Shown here in pieces: positions 37,768 to 49,197 of a stretch of 64,000 bases of DNA. The notes beneath the pieces are model-generated. The model had not been told where the DNA came from, did not search any database, and saw only the letters and a program-made list of their open reading frames with translations. Position 1 is the stretch's first letter. Every line of letters starts with the position of its first letter. The position numbers were made by a program, and so were the translations under genes. Source of the stretch: Torpedo marmorata (lineage: Eukaryota). Where the stretch lies: positions 120,962,001 to 121,026,000 of the forward strand of contig OZ360221.1 of the NCBI GenBank assembly GCA_977017645.1, in the 5' to 3' direction.

Positions 37768-38542
37768 GTTGGAGAGACAGAGTGATAGACAGGGGAAGAG
37801 GCCATGTGGGGAAACAGGGGGTGGGGGAGTGGAATGGTGGGGTTGAGAGAAAGTCAGACTGGAGCAGATCATGGACAGATGGAAACAGTGGAACCAGAAT
37901 GATGTTGGGATACACTATTTGGTTTTATGCTACCTAAGTGGACTATAGAATGTGCTCCTCAAGTTTACATTTGGTCTTATTTAATTGTAGTTTTCTTTAT
38001 AGTTTATACTTCATCTTTGTAACACTCTACCCTGCACCCTTTGACTTACTTTAAGACTACACCATGCACTTTTATTATACTATTGCAATACCTGCTGTAC
38101 TTAAGAATGGGTTGACTTGCCTGGAAAGCAGGCAGATGTTCAGTTTCTCAGTACACTGACAATAAACAAATTCAATTAGAAGAAGCAATTGATCTTGCAA
38201 ACTTTTCTCAGCCTCAAACTATACCAATCTGCTACACAACCAACATTCATGTTGCAGTCAATGGACAAAATCTATATACAGTGGAGTTCCAAAAACATTA
38301 ATGAGATTAGTGGCTAAATATCCCTTTACATTGGTCACAGAATAAGTAATGGCTAAGATACCAAAATGCTATGCTCGCCCCCAAATCTTTTAGCTCTCTT
38401 GGAACTGTTTGATAGGAGGTAGCTGTAACAAATTTATCCCCAAAAAAAAACATTTTTTTTCTGGTTCAAGGGGAAGAGACGTTGCACTCCCAAAAATAAT
38501 TATTTCTCTGCTACAAACAAAAATCAAGTGCTCAATTTTTTG

Positions 38543-38781
38543 TTTAGAGATACAGCACAGTAACAGGCCCTTCCAGACCAAGAGCCACACTGCCCAATTG
38601 CACCCACATGACCAATTAACCTGCTGACCCTGTAAATCTTTGGAATGTGGAGGAAACCAGAACACCAGTCACGGGAAGAAAGTATAAATTCTTTAAAGAC
38701 AGTGGCGGATTTGGACCTGGGTTGCTGGCGCTGCGCTGCAACAGCGTATTGCTAATCACTAACCACAACGCTAACCATGCG
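38543..38781 (-). mobile_element. Degenerate V-SINE (HE1-like)
   Basis: Alignable by eye to 32246-32493. Confidence 0.75.
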
Positions 38782-40834
38782 GAATCACAAGTCTTCAGTT
38801 CTCACTATGCACCAAGCATATTTCACGAGACCTTATTCAATGCAGTAAAACAGCTATTGCTGAAAAAAACACATTTTTTAGAAGCAAATAATACAAGAAT
38901 AATGTCAAATTGCCATACATCAATTCCTGCCAACTATTTTTGCTGTAGTCTAAAATAAATGAGCAATTCCAAATTTCTAATGGCCAAAGATAATCTTTAT
39001 CCTATTTCTAGATAGAACCATAGAACACTATAGTACAAAAAACAGGCCATTCGTCCCTTCTAGTCTGTGCCAACCATTATTTTGCTAGTCCCATTGACCT
39101 GCTCCCATTCCATAACCCTCCAGACCTCTTCCATCCATGTATCGATCCAATTTATTCTTAAAACTCAAGATCGAGCCCGCATTCACACCAGATGGCAGCT
39201 CAATCCACACTCCCACCACTCTCTGAGTTTAGAACTTTCCCCTAATGTTCCCCCTAAACCTTTCCCCTTTCATCTTAAAACTATGACCTCTCGTATTTAT
39301 CTCCCCCAATCTAAGTGGAAAAAGCCTACTCGCATCCACTCTGTCTATACCTCTCATAATCTTGTAAACCTCTTTCAAATCTCCCCTCATTCGTCTTCGC
39401 TCCAAGGAATAAAGTCCTAACCTGTTTAATCTTTCCCTATAACTCAACTCCTGGAGACCTGGCAAAATCCTAGTAAATCTTCTCTGCACTCTTTCAATCT
39501 TATTGATATCCTTCCTGTAGTTAGGTGACCAGAACTGCACACAATATTCCAAATTTGGCCTCACCAATGTCTTAAACAACTTCAACATAACATCTCAACT
39601 CCTATACTCAATACTTTGATTTATAAAGGCTAAGATGCCAAAAGCTTTCTTTACAACCCTGTCCACCTGTGACGCCACCTTCAGGGAACAATGTATCTGC
39701 ATTCCCAGATCTCTCTGCTCCTCTGCACTCCTCAGTGCCCTACCATTTACTGTGTACGTCCTACCTTGGTTTGCCCTGCCAACATGCATCACCTCACACT
39801 TGTCTGCATTAAACTCCATCTGCCATTTTTTGGCCCATTCTCCCAGTTGGTCCAGATCCCTCTGCAAGCTTTGAAAATCTTCATCGCTGTCCACAGCGCC
39901 TCCTTTCTTTGTGTCATCAGCAAATTTGCTGATCCAATTTACCACATTATCATCCAGATCATTGATATAGACAACAAACAACAATGGTCCCAACACAGAT
40001 CCCTGAGGCACACCAGTCACAGGCCTCCAGTCTGAGAAGCAACCATCCACCACTCTCTGTTTTCTCCCACACACCCAATTACGAATCCAGTTTACGACCT
40101 CTCCATGGATACCTAGTGTCATAACCTTCTGAACTAACCTCCCATGTGGGACCTTGTCAAAGGCTTTACTAAAGTCCATGTAGACAACATCCACAGCCTA
40201 TCCTTCATCTACCTTCTTGGTAACCTCCTCGAAAAACTCTACAAGATTCATTAAACATGACCTACCACGCACAATGCCATGCTGACTGTCCTTAATCAGC
40301 CCATGGCTGTCCAAATACCTATATATCCTATCTCTCAGAATTCCTTCCAATAATTTACCTACTACTGACGTCAAGCTCACTGGCCTATAATTACCTGGTT
40401 TATTTTTGGAACCTTTTTTTAAACAACGGGACAACATGAGCTACCCTCCAATCCTCTCGCACCTCACCCGTGGCTAAGGACATTTTGAATATATCAGCCA
40501 GGGCCCCTGCAATTTCTACACTAGTCTCCCTCAAGGTCCGAGGGAATATCATATCTGGACCGGGTGATTTATCTACCTTTATTCGCTGTAAGGCAGCAAG
40601 CACCTCTTCCTCCTTCATCTCCATATGTTCCATGACCCTTCTGTTTGTTTCCCTTCCTTCCTTATGCACAATGCCAGTTTCCTGAGTAAATACTGATGCA
40701 AAAAAAAACTGTTTAAGATCTCCCCCATTACGTGAGGGTCCATACGTAGTTGACCTCTTTGATCCTCAAGGGAACCAATTTTGTCCCTTACTATCCTTTT
40801 ACTCTTAATATACTTATAGAAACCCTTCGGGTTT

Positions 40835-43800
40835 TGTGGTAAACCACTGTGTATGGATTGTGGGCTGGGTGATAAGTCTGGACATGCCCCTGCTGACTGT
40901 CCCGGTAGCTCCTCCCACAGATCCCCTTGAATAAAGGCCATTGTGCCACTGCCCCTCCCCCAGTCCGGGACGGATCATCAGCACGAATGTAGCTCCATTC
41001 TTTTGCTAATAAAAGCCATTCAGTTCTTGTGTAACTTCTAGTCTTTTGGAGTTATTGATGGGCTCATCAATTTTATTAGCAAAATTGTAAACATGGAGAA
41101 CATCTTGAGACCAGACAAACTGGACATCGACCCACAAACACCGGAAGCTGGCAATGCCTTCGAACTCTGGCTAGTCTGTTTTGAATCATTCCTGGAGGAG
41201 ATCAAAGTGCAAGAAGACGCCGCAAAAAGCAAGATCCTCCTCTCCAGGGTAAGCCCTCGAGTCTACTCTATGATCCGAGATCTACAGACTTATGAGGATG
41301 CAATGAATACCCTTAAAAGACAGTACATACGGCCTGTGAAAACTGTGTACGCAAGACACAGGCGAGCGACGCGGCAGCAGCGGCCCAGGGAGTCGAGCGC
41401 GGAGTTCGTACGGGCCCTACAAACACTCGTGCGGGCGTGCGACTGTCGGGGACTGACGGCTGAACAGCATGCAGAGCTCCTCGTGAGAGACGCTTTCGTT
41501 ACGGGGACCAGGTCAGTGTATGTGAGCCAGCGGCTGCTGGAACAGGCTGACCTTACCTTCCGTTCCGCGATCGAACTGGCCGACACGTTGGAGGCCGCGC
41601 TACAGAACTCGGATGCTATCCAGGCGCGCGATCTCCAGCAGGCCCCGTGGATGCCGCCGACCCCCCACCATACCAGTGAATCGACCACTGCCGCCATCAG
41701 CCGCGAGCCCGAGAAATGCTATTTCTGCGGGCTTGAGAAGCACCCGCGGAAAAGTTGCCCGGCCTGAGAAGCGACCTGCTACAGCTGCGGGAAGAAAGGC
41801 CACTTCGCTAAGGTCTGTCGATCTACACCGCGAGCGGGATCGAGCAGCGCCGCGTGCGAGACTCGGGGGCGGCCATCTTGTGTGTCGTCACTTCCGTCTC
41901 CGCCATCTTACCTACCCGCCGCCGCGGCCAACACGTGCGAGGTATGGGGGCGGCCATCTTGTGTTTCGTCACTTCCGTCGCCGCCATCTTACCTACCCGC
42001 CACCAACACGTGCGAGTCATGGGAGCGGCCATTTTGTTCCACGCCAGCGAGCCGACACAGGGTGCCACTATCCCGGGACAGCAGGCACTCCATCGCGACG
42101 TCGGATCAAGACAGCGACCCAACGTTGGTGTCAGTTACACTCGACCAGAGTGCACCCCACCTACTCGCGAGGTCGATGATGGACATTCTGGTCGAGGGAC
42201 ACAGGACAAACTGCCTGTTCGACACAGGCAGCACAGAGAGCTTCATCCACCCTGACACGGTACAGCGATGCGGCCTCACGACACAGCCGGTAAGCCAGAG
42301 GGTTGCCATGGCTTCCGGGTCGCACACAACAGACATCCGGGGGGGTTGTGTAGCGACGATAGTGGTACAGGGCACGGAATACCGGGACTTCACGCTATTG
42401 GTCATGCCCCGACTGTGTGCACCTGTACTACTAGGGCTCGACTTCCAGAGTCACCTCCAAAGTGTGACTATGGAGTATGACGGGCCCCTCCCACCGATTA
42501 CTGTCGGTAATCACCAATTCCTTAAAAACGGCAAGAATATTTTGTCACCCCACACTACTTGCGGTCTATCCACCCTCAAGATCCCGCCCCCATCGCTATT
42601 CGCCAACCTGACCCCTGATTGTAAACCTGTGGCAACCAAAAGCAGGAGATATAGCGCAGGGGACAGGGCATTCATTAAGTCAGAGGTGCAGCGGTTACTT
42701 GGGGAAGGGATCATCGAGGCGAGCACAAGTCCCTGGAGGGCCCAGGTGGTTGTCGTCAAGAACAGGGACAAAAACAGGATGGTGGTAGATTATAGTCAGA
42801 CCGTCAATAGGTTCACGCAGCTTGACGCGTACCCCCTACCACGCATTGCAGATATGGTAAATCAGATAGCTCAGTATAAGCTTTTCTCCACCATAGACCT
42901 CAAATCTGCCTACCACCAGCTCCCCATTCGCCGGGAGGACCGCCCCTACACTGCCTTCGAGGCGGACGGCAGACTCTATCATTTCCTGCGCGTTCCCTTT
43001 GGGGTCACAAATGGGGTTTCCGTCTTCCAGAGGGAGATGGACAGGATGGTGGACCAATGCAAATTAAAGGCCACTTTTCCATACTTAGATAATATCACCA
43101 TCTGCGGTCACGACCGCCAGGACCACGATAACAATCTTCGGAAGTTCCTCCAGGCGGCAAAAGCGCTTAACCTAACCTATAACAAGGATAAGTGCGTGTT
43201 CCGAACCACCCGACTCGCTATCCTAGGGTGCGTTGTGGAGAACGGGGTCATCGGCCCCGACCCCGACCGCATGCGCCCCCTGTTGGAACTACCACTTCCC
43301 CACACCCTCAGAGCCCTCAAAAGGTGCTTGGGCTTCTTTTCTTACTATGCTCAATGGGTCCCTAATTACGCGGACAAGGCCCGCCCCCTTGTCAAGTCCA
43401 CCACTTTTCCCCTTGCAACGGAGGCACGTGAGGCTTTCAGCCTCATAAAAGGGGACATTGCCAGAGCAGCAATGCACGCGGTGGACGAGTCCACTCCTTT
43501 CCAAGTAGAGAGTGACGCGTCCGACTTCGCACTGGCTGCTAACCCTCAACCAGGCGGGAAGACCGGTGGCGTTCTTCTCCCGTACCCTTCAAGGCCCAGA
43601 AATTCGGCACTCAGCGGTGGAGAAAGAGGCCCAAGCCATAGTGGAAGCTATCAGGCACTGGAGGCACTATCTCGCCGGAAAAAGGTTTACCCTGCTGACT
43701 GACCAACGCTCAGTCGCATTCATGTTCAGCAACCAGCAGCGGGGTAAAATCACAAATGATAAAATCCTGAGGTAGAGAATCGAACTTTCCACCTACAACT

Positions 43801-45274
43801 ATGATATAATGTACCGGCCCGGGAAGCTCAACGAGCCCTCCGATGCTCTATCCCGGGGGACGTGCGCTAGCGCACAGATCGACCAGTTATATGCCCTCCA
43901 CTGTGACCTCTGCCACCCCGGAGTCACCAGGCTTTTTCACTTTGTGAAAGCCCGTAATCTACCGTACTCCCTGGAAGAGGTCAGGGCGATGACCAGCAGC
44001 TGCCAAGTCTGCGCAGAGTGCAAACCGCACTTCTACCATCCTGACAAGGCACAGTTGATAAAAGCAATCCGCCCATTTGAGCGACTAAGCGTCGAATTTA
44101 AGGGCCCCCTTCCCTCCACCGACCGCAATGTGTACTTCCTCAACGTTATTGATGAGTACTCGCGGTTCCCTTTCGCCATTCCCTGCCCCGATACCACGAC
44201 CACCTCAGTCATGAAGGCCCTCCGCAAACTCTTCACGTTGTTTGGATACCCCTGCTATATCCATAGTGACCGAGGGTCCTCATTTATGAGTGACGAGCTG
44301 CGACAATATCTGCTGGCCAAGGGTATCGCGACTAGCAGGACCACGAGCTATAACCCACGGGGTAATGGACAAGTGGAGCGGGAGAACGCCACGGTCTGGA
44401 AAGCCACACTCTTAGCCCTCAGGTCTAAGGGATTACCAGTCTCCCGCTGGCAAGAAGTCCTTCCCGAGGCACTCCACTCTATCCGATCCCTGCTGTGTAC
44501 ATCCACCAATGCTACACCTCATGAGAGACTCTTTTCCTTCCCCAGGAAGTCAACCACCGGGACTACCCTACCAGCATGGCTGACGTCCTCAGGGCCAGTG
44601 CTGCTCCGGAAACATGTCAGGAGCAATAAATACGCCCCGATGGTCGAGAGGGTCCAATTATTACACGCGAACCCCCAGTACGCCTACGTGGTTTTTCCTG
44701 ATGGGCGGGAAGACACGGTCTCCATCCGGGACCTGGCGCCCGCAGGAGCACTGGAACCCGCCGCTGCCCTCGAACACCCTGTAGTTACGGTTACCCCCTT
44801 ACCTACCATTAAGGACACACAAGAGGCACCACCCAATTCAAACACGACACCACACGCACCAGCATATTCATCTGAGGTTTCGCCAGACATGCCGGTACCC
44901 CAGATCAGGCAGGAGGCAGCACCGCCACCTGCCCCATCACCACAAGTACTGCCTGATCGACTCGATTTGTAATTTTAATCTCTTGTAAATATTGTTATAC
45001 ACTTCACCCCGCTGGACTCTTTTAAAAAGGAGGGGTGAATATGGTAAACCACTGTGTATGGATTGTGGGCTGGGTGATAAGTCTGGACATGCCCCTGCTG
45101 ACTGTCCCGGTGGCTCCTCCCACAGATCCCCTTGAATAAAGGCCATTGTGCCACTGCTCCTCCCCCAGTCCGGGACAGATCATCAGCACGAATGTAGCTC
45201 CATTCTTTTGCTAATAAAAGCCTTTCAGTTCTTGTGTAACCTCTAGTCTTTTGGAGTTATTGATGGGCTCATCA
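40835..45274 (+). mobile_element. Full-length Ty3/Gypsy LTR retrotransposon copy 2 (4.44 kb)
   Basis: 235-bp LTRs at 40835-41069 and 45040-45274 (6 differences counted by eye); 5-bp TSD GGTTT; polypurine tract AAAAAGGAGGGGTGAA immediately before the 3' LTR. Confidence 0.96.
41093..44972 (+). pseudogene. Single gag-pol ORF of Gypsy copy 2 (Gag with two CCHC knuckles, PR, RT, RNase H, IN) carrying three lesions
   Basis: Stop at 41765, +1 frameshift at ~43540, TAG at 43773. Motifs CYFCG..H....C, CYSCGKKGHFAKVC, LFDTGS, YLDN, SDAS, HPG..C..C, IHSDRGSSF, GNGQVER. Confidence 0.9.
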
Positions 45275-46644
45275 GGTTTACCTTCACATTATCTGCCAAA
45301 GCAACCTCATGTCTTCTTTTTGCCTTCCTGATTTCCTTCTTGAGTATTTTCTTGCATTTTCTGTACTCTTCAAGTACCTCATTAGCTCCTTGTTGCCTAT
45401 ACTTGCTATACACCTCTCCCTTCTTCTTAACCAGATCGCCAATATCCCTTGAAAACCAGGGTTCCCTATGCCTGTTAACTTTGCCTTTAATCCTAACAGG
45501 AACATGCAAACTCTGCACTCTCAAGATTTCACCTTTGAAGGCCTTCCACTTACTTAACACACCCTGGCCAGAAAACAACATATCCCTATCCACTCTTCCT
45601 AGATCCTTTCTCATTTCCACAAAATTTGCCTTCCTCCAATTTAGAATCCCAACATGAGGATCAGACTTATCCTTTTCCATAATTAACTTGAAGTTAATTA
45701 CATTATGGTCACTAGACCCAAAATGTTCACCTACACATACATCTGTCACCTGACCTGTCTTGTTTCCTAATAGGAGATCAAGTATTGCATCCTCTCTTGT
45801 TGGTACCTCTATATATTGATTTAGAAAACTTTCCTGAACACATTTCACAAACTCCAAGCCATCCAGCCCTTTTACAGTATGGGAGTCCCAGTCAATATTC
45901 GGAAAGTTAAAATCTCCTACTATCACAACGTTCTGCTTCTTACATCGGTCTGCTATCTCTCTACAGATTTGCTCCTCCAATTCTCTCTATTGGGCGGTCT
46001 ATAATACAACCCTATCAGTGTGGTCACACTTTCCAGTTCCTCAGCTCCACCCATATGGCCTCTGTAGACAAACCCTCCTGGCTGTCCTAACTTCACACAG
46101 CTGAGATATTTTCCCTGACTAGCAATGCCACTCCTCCCCCTTTTATCCCTCCCCCTCTATCACGTCTGAAGCAACGGAACCTCGGAACATTAAGATGCCA
46201 GTCCTGCCCCTCCTGCAACCAAGTCTCACTAATAGCAATAATGTTGTAATCCCACGTGTCAATCCATGCCCTAAGCTTGTCAGCCTTTCTAACAATACTC
46301 CTTGCATTAAAATAAATACACCTGAGAAAATGTCTATCACGTACAAACCTTTGATTTCTGTCTATACATGCACTGGACTTCAGATGGCAGCTACTCACGT
46401 GGATTATGAGATTTTGTTTATCCAGTTGCATTTGGTCTCTCCACAGCAATGGAGAAGGCCGAGGGCAGATTGATAAAGGAGAAGGAAGGAGAATTACAAT
46501 GACATGCAACCGGAAACTCTTGATTGCTATTGTAGACAAAGCTCAGGTGATCTCCAACACGATCACCTTGTCTGCATTTAGTTTCTCCAATGTAGAGCAG
46601 TTAAATCCGAGCTCTCTACTCAGTAGTGTTAAGAAGTAAATCAC

Positions 46645-47430
46645 GAAAAGCTGCAGACACCGTGGTTGAAGTAAAAACACAAAATGGTGGAGAAGCTCAG
46701 CAGGTCAAACAGTGTCCTTTATGTAGCAAAGGTAAAGATACTTAACCGACGTTTCGGGCTTGAGCCCTTCATCAAAGTATGAGAAAATGCCGGCAGGCGT
46801 CCGAACAAAAAAGTTGGGGGGGGGGCAAGGGGTGGCAAAGGCAGGAGATGATAGGTGCAGAAAGGAGGGAGGGGACAGCAGCAATGAGGGGGAGGAGGGA
46901 TGGCTAGGTGGGTGGAAGAACTGGAAAGACAGGACAGGGAGGAGGGGAAAGAAAAGGCTAGCAGGTTTAGTGGAAAGCAGTAAAGTCAATGTTCATGCCA
47001 TCTGGCTGGAGAGTGCCCAGACGGAAAATAAGGTGTTGTTCCTCCAATCTGCGGGTGGTCTGGGTGGGATAATACACAAGGCCATGGACGGACATGTGAG
47101 CGCGGGAGTGTGACTCGGAATTGAAATGGTTGGCCACTGGGAGGTCGCTGTTGTTGCGAACGGAGCGGAGGTGGTGAGCGAAGCGATCTCCCAATCTGCG
47201 ACCGGGCAGTGCAGGGGTGGGAGAGAATGAGGTTGGTGGCTGTGGAGGGGAGGTGACCGTAGGTGATGAGATTGGAGATGGTGTTGGAGACAGTGGCTTG
47301 ATGTGTAGTGGTGGGGATCTGTGGGAGGAGTCGATAGGAGGAGGTGTCTGAGAGCTGTCGACTGGCCTCGGCAAGGAAGAGGTCAGTGCGCCAGACCACA
47401 ACTGCACCACCCTTGTCTGCGGGTTTCTCA
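46645..47430 (-). mobile_element. Internally deleted Penelope-like element (RT N-terminus joined to GIY-YIG C-terminus, plus terminal repeat)
   Basis: KPADKGGAVVVW...RQLSD, then RRLGDRFAHHLRSV..PVANHFN..H..LEEQHLIFRLGTLQPDGMN. Confidence 0.85.
46738..46780 (-). ncRNA. Minimal type-I hammerhead-ribozyme-like motif in a Penelope terminal repeat
   Basis: ATACT-TTGATGA-AGGGC TCAA GCCC-GAAAC GTCG GTTA-AGTAT; U replaces the canonical C3, so activity is uncertain. Confidence 0.5.
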
Positions 47431-48070
47431 GCAAGGTAGACTGTAATCCACATGCAAATCACTTTAAACTGGAAATACAAGCTGGTTTAGCTGCCTGATC
47501 TCCAGTCAGATTGGGCAGCAAGACAAAGGAAGAAAGCAACAAATTAAAATTAAATGGACAATATTTTTGCACCTGCTTATCTTTGTCCTACAGTTTGGCG
47601 ATTCATTACAGCATTCTTGACTCTCCAGTCCAGATACTCACCTGTACTTCAAATGTAGCCCCTGCACAGGGATGTGACCTGTAGCTCTACCATAACTGCA
47701 CTCTCAGATCCTCTCCTGTAATTGCATAGCAAAACATTTACAGGAACACATTTTAGCACCACCTAGTGCACAGACACCTTCAGTCTATTGGATGCAACCT
47801 CATATTTTACCTGATTGTCACACTATAACTGTTAAGCCTATACTCTAAATGAAAACAAAATAGGTAACACAGAGATCAGTTCTGCACACTCAGTAAACAC
47901 TAATGTCCACCTACTGTTTTGTATACAATTCTAAAATATCTCAAATTAAGGGAGGTAAGAGGAGGTTAAGAGTTGCTGCATGCTACAAATAACAATGCAA
48001 ACAATAATGCTGCCATTTCCCAGGGTAGGATTTGCACAGCAAATGGCAGGGCTCTGGAGAGTGTTGTAGA

Positions 48071-49189
48071 CAGTGCCTATTAACGCAACTGGAGGCCCTG
48101 GGCTAGGAGACCTTGGGAGGCCCAAACTAAATAGCATCTGATCATGAGAAACAAAACCTCGTTCTCTTCTTTATCTACTCAATGAAAATAGAACATTGCT
48201 GAAATTTTAGCATTGATAAAAAGATTGTTTATAAATTTATAACCTTTAATAAGTTTACAAAAGTATGGAATTAATGAAGACGTTCACACAGAACATTCAT
48301 AGCTATGTTTCAACATTACACTATATACAAAGTCAGAACAGTTTCTTTCGAGCTTTTTTGGATGCAAACTTATCAATTATGTCATTAAAATCAGTATGTT
48401 GCAGTTTATCATTTTCTATGCAGAGAATGCTCAGATCAGACAACCGATCTTGGGAAATTGTTGACCGTAGATCACTCTTAATCCTTTTTAGTCTAGAAAA
48501 TGATCTTTCACCAGTACAGTTAGTAACCATTAAACACAGGAACAATCTGAAAATTGTTTCCACATTTGGAAAAGCTGTCCGAATTTTCTCCTGGAATATT
48601 ATTTGATGCATTTCTTGGAGGCTGAAATTGTCTTTTTCAGGGTGAGCTTGTTTGACATACAGGTGGAAGTGCAAGAGTTCATCGACTAAACTAAGGTCAA
48701 CATCCTTTGGATACTCTTGCATCAACATCTCGACGCCATTGTGAATCTGTTCCTTGGTTGCTTGCAGGTTCACCAAAAATGAAAAATTGGCAGCTACACT
48801 CCTGTACACTGTTGCTCTTCTGTCGAGGTTGGCTTCAAGAGCATCCATGACATAATTCAGAATTCCTGCAAGTTGAGAATCGGCCATGCGGGAAAATCCC
48901 GCGGGAAAACTTGTGTAACTGTTATACATACGTGTTTAATGTTACTAAGCAACTGGGCCTCGATAGTAAAACCAAGGGCGAGTGCGTTCGGCACTCCAAT
49001 CAATGTGCTCCTGAATTTTATTTTGGATTTGTGCTTACACATTATTTTGGCCTAGGTACGCCCCTAATTTTTATCGTTACAAATGAAATAAAATTAATGG
49101 TAAATTTTTTATTGCAGGAGGCCGAGGCCCCCCTAGATTATGAGGCCCTGGGCTGCAGCCCGCTCAGCCCATATGTAAATCCGGCACTG
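48071..49189 (-). mobile_element. Internally deleted hAT (Tip100/ZMYM-like) DNA transposon with transposase C-terminal ORF 48929-48333
   Basis: TIRs CAGTGCCTATT / CAGTGCCGGATT; 8-bp TSD GTTGTAGA/ATTGTAGA (7/8); hATC dimerisation motif FPNV..IFRLFLCLMVTNCTGERSFSRLKRIKSDLRST..QDRLSDLSILCIE. Confidence 0.88.
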
Positions 49190-49197
49190 ATTGTAGA

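Larger units (their letters stand above)
39011..46325 (-). mobile_element. CR1 LINE with near-complete decayed ORF2, split by Gypsy copy 2
   Basis: APE (YFNARSI..ISETWL, VGDFNFP, SDH) at 45243-46325; RT (DFSKAFDKV, VPQGSVLGP, KFADDTK) at 39229-40834. The frame NVKVNPKGFY is rejoined across the Gypsy TSD. Confidence 0.92.

Noticed and set aside
48333-48929. Host ZMYM1-like or domesticated transposase gene
   Set aside because: Bounded by TIRs and an 8-bp TSD and lacking the catalytic core, so it is a transposon remnant.
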